From: Prochlorococcus sp. AG-355-B18
GTDB taxonomy: Bacteria; Cyanobacteriota; Cyanobacteriia; PCC-6307; Cyanobiaceae
DNA length: 64,000 nucleotides
Assembly: GCA_003280965.1 (NCBI GenBank)
Contig: QCDI01000002.1
Location: 64,001-128,000, forward strand
Reading direction: 5' to 3'
Translations under genes and position numbers: made by a program
Notes under the pieces: generated by a model
Databases searched by the model: none
The model's input: only the letters and a program-made list of their open reading frames with translations
Told to the model about the DNA's origin: nothing
In this document: positions 1 to 11,466 of the stretch, in pieces
How the letters are laid out: each line of letters begins with the position of its first letter
How positions within the stretch are numbered: the stretch's first letter is position 1

Positions 1-208
1 CAAAGATGCAGCGCTTCAAGCAGGAGCATTAGGGTGCGCAATTAGTGGAGCTGGACCAAGTATCTTAGCATTGTGTAAAAAGGAAAATGGCAAAAGCGTC
101 AGTAATGCAATGGTAAAAGCTTGGGAGAAGTCGGGTGTAGCAAGTAGAGCACCTTTTTTAAACGTTCAAACAATAGGCAGTCAAATTAGCAAAATCTCTA
201 GTAAGTAG
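1..208 (+). CDS. thrB: Homoserine kinase, 3' partial
   Basis: Manual translation from base 2: KDAALQAGALGCAISGAGPSILALC...SSK*. Contains the GHMP kinase C-terminal ISGAGPS motif; stop TAG at 206-208. Confidence 0.88.
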   Translation, partial: KDAALQAGALGCAISGAGPSILALCKKENGKSVSNAMVKAWEKSGVASRAPFLNVQTIGSQISKISSK

Positions 209-287
209 TTTTACTTAGGCATTTTTAATGTTATAGTCTCAAGCTAGTACAACTTCAACTAGAATAAAAAAATTATTCATTCCATAA

Positions 288-1829
288 ATGAATTTAGAAT
301 CTTTTCCTTGGCTATCCTCTATTGTTTTATTGCCTATAATCGGGGCACTAATAATGCCTTTCTTAAGTTCGAAGGAAGAAGAAGATAATACACTACCAAG
401 AAATATCTCATTGACCTTTTTATTTGTAGATTTTTTACTAATAATAGGCGTACTTTTCCAAAAATTTAATCCCTCAGATAGCTCTTTGCAACTTGTAGAG
501 AGAGCTACATGGCTTCCTTCAATAGGATTAGAGTGGTCTCTTGGTGTAGATGGTTTATCAGCTCCATTAGTAGCTTTGAGTGGATTGATTACATTTTTAT
601 CAGCTGCAGCAAGTTGGAAAGTAAAGAAAAAATCTAATTTATATTTTGCTCTTTTATTAATTCAAGCATCAGCTCAGGGGCTAGTTTTTCTCTCACAAGA
701 TTTCCTCTTATTTTTCTTGGCTTGGGAACTTGAGTTGGTTCCGGTATATCTTCTTATTGCTATATGGGGAGGTAAAAAGAAATTATATGCAGCTACTAAA
801 TTTATTCTTTATACTGCTTTAGCTTCTTTATTAATCCTAATAAGTGGTTTAGCTCTCGCCTTGAGTGGTGATGCATTTACTTTAAATATTACCGACTTAA
901 CAAATAAACACGTAACAGGCAGCCTAGCATTATTGTCTTATCTTGGATTCTTAATTGGTTTTGGAGTAAAACTACCTATCTTTCCACTTCATACTTGGTT
1001 ACCAGATGCGCATGGAGAGGCAAATGCACCAGTTTCAATGTTACTAGCTGGAATACTTCTCAAAATGGGAGGCTACGCTCTCTTAAGATTTAACGTTCAA
1101 ATATTGCCTGAAGTACATCTGCAAATTGCACCTGCATTAATTATTCTTGGAATCATTAATATAATTTATGGAGCATTAAATGCATTCGCACAAGATAATG
1201 TTAAAAGAAGAATTGCATGTAGCTCAGTAAGTCATATGGGATTCGTTCTTTTGGGAATTGGAGCAGTTGATGCTTTAGGAATAAGCGGAGCAATGCTTCA
1301 AATGATTAGTCACGGTCTTATCGCAGCAGCTATGTTTTTTGTCACGGGATCATTTTATGAAAGAACAAATACCCTTTCGATTCCAAATATGGGAGGCTTA
1401 GCAAAGGTTTTACCAATAACTTTTGCTTTTTTCTTAGCGAGTTCTCTTGCTTCTCTAGCATTACCTGGTATGAGTGGTTTTATTAGCGAAATAACTGTAT
1501 TTCTAGGTATCACAAGTCAAGAGGGGTTCAGCTCTCTATTTAGATCTATCACTATTCTTATTGCAGCTATTGGCCTAGTTTTAACCCCAATATATCTACT
1601 ATCAATGTGTAGAAGAGTATTTTTTGGACCTAGAATTCCAGCCCTTGCTACAGTTAAAGAGATGAATGGTAGAGAATTAACGATTGGTTTTAGTTTATTA
1701 TTGCCTACTCTAGTGATAGGTTTTTGGCCTAAAATCGCCATAAATTTATATGAATCTTCAACAAATGCTCTCAGTCAGCAGCTAACTTTGGCTAAATTAG
1801 TTGGAATAATTACACCATTAGTTAGTTAA
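288..1829 (+). CDS. ndhD: NAD(P)H-quinone oxidoreductase (NDH-1) subunit 4 / NdhD
   Basis: 513-aa polytopic membrane protein with NuoM/NdhD motifs [34 protein letters not shown] and SSVSHMG. Confidence 0.95.
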   Translation: MNLESFPWLSSIVLLPIIGALIMPFLSSKEEEDNTLPRNISLTFLFVDFLLIIGVLFQKFNPSDSSLQLVERATWLPSIGLEWSLGVDGLSAPLVALSGLITFLSAAASWKVKKKSNLYFALLLIQASAQGLVFLSQDFLLFFLAWELELVPVYLLIAIWGGKKKLYAATKFILYTALASLLILISGLALALSGDAFTLNITDLTNKHVTGSLALLSYLGFLIGFGVKLPIFPLHTWLPDAHGEANAPVSMLLAGILLKMGGYALLRFNVQILPEVHLQIAPALIILGIINIIYGALNAFAQDNVKRRIACSSVSHMGFVLLGIGAVDALGISGAMLQMISHGLIAAAMFFVTGSFYERTNTLSIPNMGGLAKVLPITFAFFLASSLASLALPGMSGFISEITVFLGITSQEGFSSLFRSITILIAAIGLVLTPIYLLSMCRRVFFGPRIPALATVKEMNGRELTIGFSLLLPTLVIGFWPKIAINLYESSTNALSQQLTLAKLVGIITPLVS

Positions 1830-1841
1830 TTCTTTTTATAA

Positions 1842-3929
1842 ATGAATACCTCAATTTTTAAATATGGAGAATTACCAGAATTTAAAGAATTTACTCCAGA
1901 AAACATCAGAAAACAATTTCCATTAGTACTAGAAAAGATAGCCGAAGATTTTAAAGAAATAGAGGAAAATTTATCAAATTATTTGACTCATAATCATTTA
2001 ACTTGGGACAAAGTAATAAATCCTTTAAATGAAGTCAATGAAATTCTCAGGTGGAGTTGGGGAGTAATAAGTCACCTAAATGCGGTGAATAATTCTGAAA
2101 GTCTTAGAGATATTTATTCAAAATTTCTTCCCGAGATTATTAGCTTGAGTAACAAATTCGGACAAAGTAAAATAATTTATAATTCCTTAGTAAAGCTTAA
2201 AGAGAGAAATAACTTTGATCAAATCAAAAACAGAATTTTAGAAAAAGAAATTCTTGAGATGCAACATAGAGGAATTTCACTACTAAAAAATGATCAGGAA
2301 GAATTCAATAACATTTCAGAAAAGCTTGGAAAGCTAACAACTGATTTTAGCAACAATGTCCTTGATGCCACTAATCATTGGATTTTAATATTAAATAAAA
2401 AATCCGAAGTTGATGGCCTTCCTGAACGAGTACTTGAAATGATGGCAATTTCTGCCCACAATCATTTAAAAAAAGAAGGTGAAGTTGATATTAAAAATGG
2501 TCCTTGGAAATTAAGTCTAGATATTCCAACTTATACATCATTTATGACATATGCTACCGATCGTAACCTAAGAGAAAAACTATATAAAGCATTTGTTGGT
2601 AGGGCTTCTCAAGGAGAAAATAATAATTCTCAAATCATTGAAGAAATATTATCTCTCAGAACTAAAAAGGCTAACCTTCTCGGTTATAAAAGTTGGGCAG
2701 AATTAAGTTTGTCAACAAAAATGGCGAAGGAAATAAAGAATGTTGAAAACCTTTTAGAAGAATTGAGAGAACCAGCATTCAAAACCGCAAAAATTGAATT
2801 AGAAACGCTAGATAAGTTTTCTAAAACTAATGGGTTTCCAAAATCTCAAAATATTGAGCCATGGGATATTAGTTATTGGTCTGAACTTCTTAGAAAGGAA
2901 AAGCTCAATTTAGATCAAGAGTCATTGAGACCTTGGTTTCCCCTAAATGATGTATTGAAAGGTTTATTTAAATTAAGTGAAAAACTTTTTGAAATTAAAG
3001 TTGTCGAAGCAACCGATGAAGCACCTCTGTGGAATGATGACGTTTTATTTTTTAATATTCTAAATAAAGAAGATAACAAAATAGCATCTTTTTACCTCGA
3101 TCCATATTCTAGGCCTGAATCTAAGAGAGGAGGGGCTTGGATGGACGAATGCTTGAATAAAAATAATATTGGCAAAAAGACCCTACCGGTAGCTTATCTC
3201 GTTTGTAATCAGACTCCACCATCAAAAGATAGACCTAGTTTGATGAGTTTTGAAGAGGTTCAGACATTATTCCATGAATTTGGCCATGGCCTTCAACACA
3301 TGCTTACCACTGTAAATCTTCCTCAAGCAGCTGGCATCAATAATGTTGAATGGGATGCAGTCGAACTTCCAAGTCAATTTATGGAAAACTGGTGTTTCCA
3401 TAAAAATACTCTCTTGAATATTGCTAAGCACTATAAAACAGGAGAAAAATTGTCTGATGAAAATTTTGAAAAGCTCCTAAAGAATAGAACTTTTAATTGT
3501 GGAATGGCTACTCTTAGACAACTACATTTTGCTATTACAGACCTTAGATTACATAGTAGTATTGACAAAAACGAAGGGAAAACGGCAGATGAAATAAGAA
3601 GAGAAATTGCAAAACAAACTACAGTTATTTCTCCAATTAAGGAAGATAAATTTCTTTGTTGTTTTAGTCATATTTTTGCAGGAGGTTATTCTGCCGGATA
3701 TTACTCTTACAAATGGGCTGAGGTTCTAAGTGCTGATGCTTTTTCTATGTTCGAAGAAGCTGATCTAGAAAACTCTGAAGATTTAAAGTTAATAGGAAAA
3801 AAATTCAAAGATACAATACTTAGCTTAGGTGGAAGCTTACCTCCATTAGATATATTCAAACTATTCAGAGGAAGAGAGCCACAAACAGATTCCTTAATAA
3901 GACACTTAGGCCTATCTGGAACTACTTAA
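1842..3929 (+). CDS. prlC: Oligopeptidase A (M3 family metallopeptidase)
   Basis: 695 aa; FHEFGHGLQH zinc motif, WDAVELPSQFMENW, HIFAGGYSAGYYSYKWAEVL. Confidence 0.95.
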   Translation: MNTSIFKYGELPEFKEFTPENIRKQFPLVLEKIAEDFKEIEENLSNYLTHNHLTWDKVINPLNEVNEILRWSWGVISHLNAVNNSESLRDIYSKFLPEIISLSNKFGQSKIIYNSLVKLKERNNFDQIKNRILEKEILEMQHRGISLLKNDQEEFNNISEKLGKLTTDFSNNVLDATNHWILILNKKSEVDGLPERVLEMMAISAHNHLKKEGEVDIKNGPWKLSLDIPTYTSFMTYATDRNLREKLYKAFVGRASQGENNNSQIIEEILSLRTKKANLLGYKSWAELSLSTKMAKEIKNVENLLEELREPAFKTAKIELETLDKFSKTNGFPKSQNIEPWDISYWSELLRKEKLNLDQESLRPWFPLNDVLKGLFKLSEKLFEIKVVEATDEAPLWNDDVLFFNILNKEDNKIASFYLDPYSRPESKRGGAWMDECLNKNNIGKKTLPVAYLVCNQTPPSKDRPSLMSFEEVQTLFHEFGHGLQHMLTTVNLPQAAGINNVEWDAVELPSQFMENWCFHKNTLLNIAKHYKTGEKLSDENFEKLLKNRTFNCGMATLRQLHFAITDLRLHSSIDKNEGKTADEIRREIAKQTTVISPIKEDKFLCCFSHIFAGGYSAGYYSYKWAEVLSADAFSMFEEADLENSEDLKLIGKKFKDTILSLGGSLPPLDIFKLFRGREPQTDSLIRHLGLSGTT

Positions 3930-4524
3930 TAATTTCTCCAATTATCTTGTCAACCGCAGAATTATTTCTCACAAGATTTCTATGTTTATATACTTTTACT
4001 GATATTTTTTTCCCTAAATTTAAATTAGTCCACCAGCTAGGGAAAACCATAAAATCCCAATAAGTAAAGAAATTTATACATTCGATATCATCAAGTAAAA
4101 AATCATTCTTTGCCAGCTCTCTCAAAAACTTACTTTTTATTTTCATTTCTGATATTCCCCTAAAAGGAAATTTTGGCACTAATTGAGCTATAAATGTTCC
4201 TTTGTGAGGGGAACCTATAGATATAAATCTTCTTGTTCTTTTATAACCATTAAATTTTTGAAGCCAGTATCTACCAATTATTCCTCCCATAGAGAATCCC
4301 AAAATATCTAATTTTTTTTCTAAACCATATTTCTCTAAAATTAATTCGTTTAATATATTTGTCAAATCAATAATTGAAGTCATTCCATATGAATGCTTAA
4401 GAGTTGGGGCAAAATATTCAACTCCAATATCATCAAGTTTTGAGGAGATAGATGAAAAAATACTTGAATTATTCCAAAGACCATGAATCAATATAATGGG
4501 ATTTCTTTTTTCCAATACTTTCAA
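3922..4524 (-). CDS. Alpha/beta hydrolase (lipase/esterase family)
   Basis: IHGL oxyanion motif, GFSMGG nucleophile elbow, IGSPHKGT. Confidence 0.85.
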   Translation of the reverse strand: MKVLEKRNPIILIHGLWNNSSIFSSISSKLDDIGVEYFAPTLKHSYGMTSIIDLTNILNELILEKYGLEKKLDILGFSMGGIIGRYWLQKFNGYKRTRRFISIGSPHKGTFIAQLVPKFPFRGISEMKIKSKFLRELAKNDFLLDDIECINFFTYWDFMVFPSWWTNLNLGKKISVKVYKHRNLVRNNSAVDKIIGEIIK

Positions 4525-4883
4525 TTATTTTCGAGAATTCTTACTATTGATACCTTCCCATCAAAACCCGTAATTGGAGGATTGCATTTTGTCAAAATAA
4601 TTTTAATTTTAGAAAGCTTAAATTCCTGATCAATGCTCTCTAATATTGAGTTTGAATATTTTTCGATTGTGAAACAACATATTTTCTTGGATTGATCTTT
4701 TAAAATTTGAACTAATTTTGAATAGTCAACTGTTTTTTTTATATCGTCGTTTACTGTACATTTTTCATAATCAGTCCACAAAAATATATCCAAACTAAAC
4801 AATTGTCCTAATTTTCTTTCTTCATCAAGAACACCCACCCTAGCCCAGAGTTTAATATTCTCAATTTTTAAAAACGTTTCCAT
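4521..4883 (-). CDS. folB: Dihydroneopterin aldolase
   Basis: VGVLDEERKLGQLF, TVDYS and TKCNPPI motifs. ATG at 4883 (alternative TTG at 4889). Confidence 0.9.
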   Translation of the reverse strand: METFLKIENIKLWARVGVLDEERKLGQLFSLDIFLWTDYEKCTVNDDIKKTVDYSKLVQILKDQSKKICCFTIEKYSNSILESIDQEFKLSKIKIILTKCNPPITGFDGKVSIVRILENN

Positions 4884-4894
4884 CTTCAAAATTT

Positions 4895-6205
4895 CTAAAA
4901 ATCCTTATGAGTATAGGTAGCCTTACCAGCCGAAAAATCATCAACTATATTCCCATCACCTTTTAGAAAATATTTATAAGTTACCAAACCTTCGAGGCCA
5001 ACTGGTCCTCTTGGTGGCAGAGATTGAGTAGATATCCCAACTTCCGCTCCAAATCCATATCTAAAACCATCGGCAAATCTTGTAGAGCAATTATGAAAAA
5101 CACCTGCACTATCTACAATATTCATAAATTTATTAGCATTAATTGAATTTTCAGTAATTATTCCATCTGTGTGTTTTGAACTAAATTTTTGAATATGAGC
5201 GATTGCCTCATTAAGATCGTCAACGATTTTTACCGATAAGATTAAATCCAAATATTCAGTTTGCCAATCTTCTAGACTGGCCTCATGCTTCAAACCTAAT
5301 TCAACAGATCTTTTATCACCGATTAATTTAACATCATTTGAATTAAATAAAGGTATCGCCTTTTCAAGAAAAACTGGTGCAAAATCTTTATGAACTAATA
5401 AAGTTTCAATAGCATTACATGCAGCGGGATACTGAGTTTTACTGTCTAAAGCAACTGATAAAGCCATTTCAAGATTTGCTTCACTATCTATATACAAGTG
5501 ACAAATTCCATCAGCATGACCTAGCACAGGAATTCTTGTATTCTCTTGAATGAATTTAACTAATTCATTACTTCCTCTTGGAATTATTAAATTGATATGA
5601 TTCTCAAGATTTAACATCGACATACTATCTTTTCTGCTTGTAAGTAAGCATATTGCATTTTTATCAAGGCCAGATTTAGATAATCCCTTTTGTAAGGCAT
5701 TAACTATCGCAGCGTTTGTCAAATTAGCTTCACTACCGCCCTTTAGCATTACTCCATTACCTGATCTAATTGCTAAAGAACTAATCTGCATAACAGCATC
5801 GGGTCTAGATTCAAAAATTACCCCTAAAACTCCTATGGGTACGGTTTTTCTTTCTAGGATCAGTCCTTTGGAAAGCTCTCTTTTTATTTGTACTTGATTT
5901 ACAGGATCAGACAAGTCTCCAACTTTTCTTACACCTTCAATTCCTGAATTTAATTTTTCTTTTGATAACTTTAATCTAGAGAGTAAAGCCTTTGAGATGC
6001 CTTTCTTTTCTGCTATTTTATAGTCCTCACCATTAGCCTCTAATATTTCTTTAGTATGTTTTTCTAGATAATCAGCCATAAAATTTAAGGCTTTAATTCT
6101 ATTTTGATTTTTAGTTTGACTTATTTTTATTGATGCCAAACGAACTTGATCAGCTTTTTCTAGAAGATCATTCCCTGGTTGAGGGACTTCGAAAATATTA
6201 GCCAT
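4895..6205 (-). CDS. proA: Gamma-glutamyl phosphate reductase
   Basis: IFESRPD, LKGGSEA, ACNAIETLL, STRFADGFRYGFGAEVGIST, RGPVGLEGL. Confidence 0.97.
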   Translation of the reverse strand: MANIFEVPQPGNDLLEKADQVRLASIKISQTKNQNRIKALNFMADYLEKHTKEILEANGEDYKIAEKKGISKALLSRLKLSKEKLNSGIEGVRKVGDLSDPVNQVQIKRELSKGLILERKTVPIGVLGVIFESRPDAVMQISSLAIRSGNGVMLKGGSEANLTNAAIVNALQKGLSKSGLDKNAICLLTSRKDSMSMLNLENHINLIIPRGSNELVKFIQENTRIPVLGHADGICHLYIDSEANLEMALSVALDSKTQYPAACNAIETLLVHKDFAPVFLEKAIPLFNSNDVKLIGDKRSVELGLKHEASLEDWQTEYLDLILSVKIVDDLNEAIAHIQKFSSKHTDGIITENSINANKFMNIVDSAGVFHNCSTRFADGFRYGFGAEVGISTQSLPPRGPVGLEGLVTYKYFLKGDGNIVDDFSAGKATYTHKDF

Positions 6206-6268
6206 AAAATTTTTTAGTTAATTCAATAATAATTCAAATTAACGATTCTTTAAACAAACTTTTTTGCA

Positions 6269-9200
6269 TTAATATCTAAAAAATAATTGAACTTGACTTT
6301 TCCAATCTCCATTGGAATCATAAGAACCTAACAATTCTAAATTTGGATTGGCCTGAAAAGTCAAAATTCCTAGAGGTGAAAGATCCTCTCTACCTGGAAC
6401 GGTTTGAAAGGCAAAATTTATTGCATCAGTAATATCAAGTCCTAGTTCAGCAACCCAAGCTTGAGAAGAAAATTCCTCATTAGAAAATGATTGCCCATCA
6501 TTTTCTATATCTAAATTTTCATTAGAAAAAATATTATTTAAGGAATCATTATTTTCTATTAACGCTGGATATAAAGAGAACTGAAATCTTTCACTGAAAG
6601 CATCTGCATTATTAATTTGAGAAATAAATGCCCTATTTATTAAATTTGCAGAGTTGCCTCCAATTAAACCAATTATTTGTGATCTGTTATAACTTGGCGT
6701 ACTCCTTAATTGAATTCTTCTATTTTCATCTTCAAAAGATAATTGATCTAAAAACCCTTCGTAAGATGCTTCAATTTTGATAAGTCTTGAATTACCAATA
6801 CCAAATGATCCAAACCCACTAGAAGTAGAATTTACATCAATATCACCTGAGATGTTTGAATCCTGATTATTTTCACTTATAGGTATTATAGAGTCTGGAA
6901 CTTTACTAACCAGGGAAAAATTAATAAATGGAACGACACCACTTCTTGATGCAAACAAAATATAGTTGTCTTTATTTTTATCAAGTTTAAATGGAGTAGT
7001 ATAAAGGTTAGCTTTACCATTTTTAAGATAAATTAAACCCCTAGCATTTAAATCTTTCCCTACCTTTCCTTTTATATTAAGGTCTAATTTGGTATCTAAA
7101 TAAGCTTGAACTATCTCTGAATATTGAAGTTTAAAATTTGGACCAAGTTTTAATTTTAAATTATTAAAACCCAAATTATCTAAATAATTAGGCAATGTTT
7201 CTCCTAAGAGCACCGAATTTAAAATTGTTTCATTCGAAATTATTTCAATACTTTTATTATTATTCCAATAGAGTTCTGGCCAATCGTTTTTAGCTCCCTT
7301 TTTAAGATTTTTATCTAATTTATTATTTTGATTATTACTATCAAAGTTAATAAATCCATTATTAAGAGATAAATTACCTCCCAAAACAGGCTTTTCAAAT
7401 GATCCACTTAAATCTATATCTGAATCTATTAGGAAATTAGAATTGTCTGTCTTTAAAGTTAATTTATTCGTTATCAAATTAATCTCTGATTCACCAGATT
7501 CATTCTTACTGTAAAAAGGCAAAGAACCTCTTATAGATATATCTCCAGAATCCTCCGACTTTGCTTTGAGATTCTTAATTTCTAATGAATCAAAATCAAA
7601 AATTATCAAGCTATTAATATCTTTAATTATGTTTTTGTAAAAATCAATTTCGGAATCTTTAATAACTATAAAACCGTTCAATATTGGTTTATTTAAACTT
7701 CCTTTAATTATCATCCGAAGATTCACTTCACCCTCTTTAAAGACAAAGTATTCATCAGCAAAAATATCTATTAACTCAATAAATTTTCCATTACCAATCA
7801 ATCTTAGATCTAAGTTATCTGATTTATTTATAGGTATTGAGCCTTCAATATTAATTGGAATTTGAGAGTCATTTAATAATAGTGAAAAATCAATATCAAA
7901 AATAGAATTTTTAAATTCAATTAGTCCTTTGTTAAATACTATTTTTGTATTTTTTATTGTTGAATTATTAGAAGAAATTTTACTAGCGAAAGATCTTGTA
8001 TCAAGATCATAAAATAAATTCATATCCAAACCTCCTGAAAAATCTCTTGATTTATTTAAAAAAATATTTGCAGTACTTAATGGTAGTTTTTTAATTCTTA
8101 AAGAACCTTTACCGCTTAATAACCCTCCTTCCAAATCAACAGAAAATTCCTCTTTATTATTTTTTTCATCCTCTATAGAGTCATTAAAATACCCATTTAT
8201 TTTTGCGTTTAAATTGTAGTTGCTTGGTCTATCGCCCTTAATAGTTAGCTTTGCACTATATCTACTACTAAATTTATTTAAATATTTTTGCAAGTTAAAT
8301 TTGTCTTCTAGAGCATTATTATTTTCAATAAAGTTATTTATAAAATCGATCTTTTGTTTAAATGATTTATTATCTTTATTTATTTCCAAATCACTCAAAA
8401 TATTCGATTTACTTATGGGAATATCTTTTTTGTTATCAAAGTTAAAAATGTCAACAGCAGTTAGGATAGTCCATCTAGTACTTATATTGGTGAATTCTGA
8501 ATTAATTAAATTATTTTTATTTGAATCATATTCGACTTCAATTATTCCTCCATCAATTGGATACAAAGAGGAGTTTATATAAAAAGAATTATTTTTGAAG
8601 CTGAAATCAAATAATGAATTTGCTAGCTTAATATTTCTATATTTTCCTAAACTCCAAGCAAGTCGCCCATCAAGATTTGAGAGGTCTAAAGAAATTGATC
8701 CCCCACCATTAATAATTCCATTAACTCTATCGAATTGATTTTTGCTTAAAGATAATTCAAGTTCATCAAGGGTGAAATTATTAGCTTTCCAAATATAACT
8801 ATTATTATCTTTAAATAATTCTATGCTTCCTTTATTAGAATTATAAATTCTACTAAAAGATACATTATCTAATTTTAGATTAGAATCAAACTTTATAGAT
8901 AGAAAAGAAGGAATTGGAGAGTATCTATTTTTCATATTTAAAAGAAACTTATCATTTTTATTGTTAATTTCTCCCTCCCATATTTCTCTGATCCGAATCC
9001 CTTTGAAGTGAGGATAATCAACATTAAAATTTATTGAAATATCAGGATCAGTAATTTTTCCTTTTAATTCGCCTTTAGCAGTAACAAAACCCCTGATATC
9101 ATTTTTTCGGAAAATATTTAAATTAGATAATTGAGTTCTATTTATTTTGAAACTAGAATCGATATCACCAAAATTAATACCTCTCCTATCAAACCAGTAG

Positions 9201-10225
9201 GGAACATTCCCCAATAGTTCAATATCTGGATTTAGACTATTAACATATCCAACACTTCCTTTTAGATCAATTTTATTAGAACTTTTATTTAATGGTATGT
9301 TTAGATTAAAATTTGAATTCAAAGTTCCATAATTTAAGTTTTCGGAATTTCCTACTAAATTATTATCTTTACAAAAAAACCTAGTAGAATCTGAATTTAT
9401 ATTCTCTGAGAAATCTTTTGGTTTTATTTTTAAATTAGTAAAAGAAAATCTTCCTTGGCAAAATGTTTGTGTTGATGATTTATTAAATTTAAAGTTAGAT
9501 TTAAAATTACCCTTTTTAATGCTAATTTTTCTATTCCCAATATTATAAATAGAGCCATCAAGATCTAATCCTCTAGAAAACAACTCCAGCTTTAAAAAGT
9601 CTTCATTTAATTTTGTATTAAATTTAAATTTTAGAAGACCCTTACCATCAAAATTTGATTTTATATTTGCAATAATTTCTCTATTACTTGGCTTATAAAT
9701 AACGTTACCTTTTAGCTTTGTTTCTAGTCCTGATTTTTTAAGATTAAAAATTGAATAATTATTAAAGTTAAAATTCAATTCATATTTTATTTTTGATTTA
9801 TTTTTACTTATGGATTTTTCATAATGTTTTTCCCTTTTAAAAAAATCTCTCTCAATATTAATTTCAGATTGATGAGGCCTTATTTTTACTATCCATTTTT
9901 GTTTTAAAAAAGATCTAAAAGGCATAATGCCCACATATACATTTTTAGCTTTAATTTCAGAATCTATATCTTTTTTATCATTAATTTTTGAATTACCCAA
10001 AGAAATACCTAGAAATCTAATCCCGACATAATCTCCTAAATCGACATTTTTATCTAAAAGATTCTCAATTCTTTTTTCTAGTTCTAATTTTCTAGAACTA
10101 TAAGTTTCTTTTAAAAAATTATTTAATAAAAAAGTGCATAAAGAACCTAAGGAGAAAAGCGCCCCTACTAAAAGAATCTTAGTATTTAAATTTAGAGATT
10201 TAATTTTTTTCAAGTAAGAGCCCAA
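6269..10225 (-). CDS. tamB: Translocation/assembly module TamB-family protein
   Basis: 1318 aa with an N-terminal TM anchor, a long beta-rich body and a DUF490-like C-terminus (IQLRSTPSYNRSQIIGLIGG). TTG start. Confidence 0.75.
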   Translation of the reverse strand: MGSYLKKIKSLNLNTKILLVGALFSLGSLCTFLLNNFLKETYSSRKLELEKRIENLLDKNVDLGDYVGIRFLGISLGNSKINDKKDIDSEIKAKNVYVGIMPFRSFLKQKWIVKIRPHQSEINIERDFFKREKHYEKSISKNKSKIKYELNFNFNNYSIFNLKKSGLETKLKGNVIYKPSNREIIANIKSNFDGKGLLKFKFNTKLNEDFLKLELFSRGLDLDGSIYNIGNRKISIKKGNFKSNFKFNKSSTQTFCQGRFSFTNLKIKPKDFSENINSDSTRFFCKDNNLVGNSENLNYGTLNSNFNLNIPLNKSSNKIDLKGSVGYVNSLNPDIELLGNVPYWFDRRGINFGDIDSSFKINRTQLSNLNIFRKNDIRGFVTAKGELKGKITDPDISINFNVDYPHFKGIRIREIWEGEINNKNDKFLLNMKNRYSPIPSFLSIKFDSNLKLDNVSFSRIYNSNKGSIELFKDNNSYIWKANNFTLDELELSLSKNQFDRVNGIINGGGSISLDLSNLDGRLAWSLGKYRNIKLANSLFDFSFKNNSFYINSSLYPIDGGIIEVEYDSNKNNLINSEFTNISTRWTILTAVDIFNFDNKKDIPISKSNILSDLEINKDNKSFKQKIDFINNFIENNNALEDKFNLQKYLNKFSSRYSAKLTIKGDRPSNYNLNAKINGYFNDSIEDEKNNKEEFSVDLEGGLLSGKGSLRIKKLPLSTANIFLNKSRDFSGGLDMNLFYDLDTRSFASKISSNNSTIKNTKIVFNKGLIEFKNSIFDIDFSLLLNDSQIPINIEGSIPINKSDNLDLRLIGNGKFIELIDIFADEYFVFKEGEVNLRMIIKGSLNKPILNGFIVIKDSEIDFYKNIIKDINSLIIFDFDSLEIKNLKAKSEDSGDISIRGSLPFYSKNESGESEINLITNKLTLKTDNSNFLIDSDIDLSGSFEKPVLGGNLSLNNGFINFDSNNQNNKLDKNLKKGAKNDWPELYWNNNKSIEIISNETILNSVLLGETLPNYLDNLGFNNLKLKLGPNFKLQYSEIVQAYLDTKLDLNIKGKVGKDLNARGLIYLKNGKANLYTTPFKLDKNKDNYILFASRSGVVPFINFSLVSKVPDSIIPISENNQDSNISGDIDVNSTSSGFGSFGIGNSRLIKIEASYEGFLDQLSFEDENRRIQLRSTPSYNRSQIIGLIGGNSANLINRAFISQINNADAFSERFQFSLYPALIENNDSLNNIFSNENLDIENDGQSFSNEEFSSQAWVAELGLDITDAINFAFQTVPGREDLSPLGILTFQANPNLELLGSYDSNGDWKSQVQLFFRY

Positions 10226-10277
10226 AAATAGAGTAGGCTTACAAAATATAAGAAATTAATCAGGTCAAAGCCACTAA

Positions 10278-10721
10278 ATGTCTTTTTTTGAACTATTAGA
10301 GAATACACCAAAAATTTTTGGATTATTTGGAATATTTCTTTTTATTTGCACAATAGCAGCTTTTATATTTAATTTTGGTTTTAAATTTCGAATAATTGGA
10401 GCAACTATCTTTTCATTATTACTTTCTTTAAGTAGTTGGGCTTTTATACAAAGTTACTCCCAGAAGGTTGTAATAGAAGGTGCAAAATATGTTCCAATTG
10501 TTTATGACAACGGGTTCGATTTGATTATTGCTAAAGTAGATAGTAACTTTCCAGAAGAATCTCTTGAACCAACTTTAGAACAATTATCGGAAAACATACT
10601 AAAAGGTAGCCGGTCAGGTGCGAACATAAGAATTAAGATAAGAAAACTTGAAAAAATTTCAGATGGTGTAAGTAAACCAGTTGTTATAGGAGAAGTTCAG
10701 AAAAATGTCAAAATGAATTAG
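10278..10721 (+). CDS. ycf51: Ycf51-family protein
   Basis: Two N-terminal TM helices, FKFRIIGATIF, EGAKYVPIVYDNG, and C-terminal GVSKPVVIGEV. Confidence 0.8.
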   Translation: MSFFELLENTPKIFGLFGIFLFICTIAAFIFNFGFKFRIIGATIFSLLLSLSSWAFIQSYSQKVVIEGAKYVPIVYDNGFDLIIAKVDSNFPEESLEPTLEQLSENILKGSRSGANIRIKIRKLEKISDGVSKPVVIGEVQKNVKMN

Positions 10722-10732
10722 TCTGTTAAAAC

Positions 10733-11152
10733 ATGGAAAGTAAAACCTTTTTAGATTTTTTGCCAACTAATTTCAGACATGAGAAGTCTTTTTTTATTCA
10801 AAATAATCTAACTGACTTTGAAAAATTAAGTAATCTTTCGGATTTAGATATTAATGAGATTCAAAGAAAATCTTCACTATGTACATTGAACAATCTAAAG
10901 AAAATTAGAGCTATTGCTATTTTTAAAAAAGAAATTGGAATTTCTCCACCGCAAGCATATCTACTTTTACATTGCGGTATATCTTCTCTTAAATCATTAT
11001 CGATATCTACCCCTTACGAATTAGAACGGAAAATTGGAAGATTAGAAAGAATTCTTAGAGTAAAAACTAAGACAGATACAACTTTTACTCTCTTAAAAGA
11101 ATGGATTAAAAAAGCTAGTCAGATCGACAAATCTATTAGGAATCTTGGATAA
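10733..11152 (+). CDS. DUF4332-like conserved protein
   Basis: 139 aa with helix-hairpin-helix-like segments (ISPPQAYLLLHCGISS...EWI) typical of cyanobacterial DUF4332. Confidence 0.6.
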   Translation: MESKTFLDFLPTNFRHEKSFFIQNNLTDFEKLSNLSDLDINEIQRKSSLCTLNNLKKIRAIAIFKKEIGISPPQAYLLLHCGISSLKSLSISTPYELERKIGRLERILRVKTKTDTTFTLLKEWIKKASQIDKSIRNLG

Positions 11153-11186
11153 AAAAATTTTTTAATGTAGAATTTAGAAAAAGTTA

Positions 11187-11459
11187 GTGATAATGAAACC
11201 TTTATTATTTTTTTTATTTTTGTTTTTCAACTCTTTATACCCTGTTTTAAGTCAATCTAACTTATTGGAAACTGTAAAAAAGAATCCAAACGAAGCTAGG
11301 AATTTATGTAGTAAGTTTAGAGAATTTAATTCAAAAGGTATTTCTGCTAGTTCAGATAAAGCTATAGAGTACGTATCAAACAAAAAAAAGTTAACTCCCG
11401 TTAACGCAGAGATCTTTTCTATTTACGTTATTGGGCTGCACTGTCCAGATATTATCTAA
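11187..11459 (+). CDS. Small secreted/periplasmic hypothetical protein
   Basis: Hydrophobic signal-like N-terminus; two Cys (NLCSKF...LHCPD); GTG/ATG start; operonic spacing with neighbours. Confidence 0.7.
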   Translation: MIMKPLLFFLFLFFNSLYPVLSQSNLLETVKKNPNEARNLCSKFREFNSKGISASSDKAIEYVSNKKKLTPVNAEIFSIYVIGLHCPDII

Positions 11460-11466
11460 AGTCTAA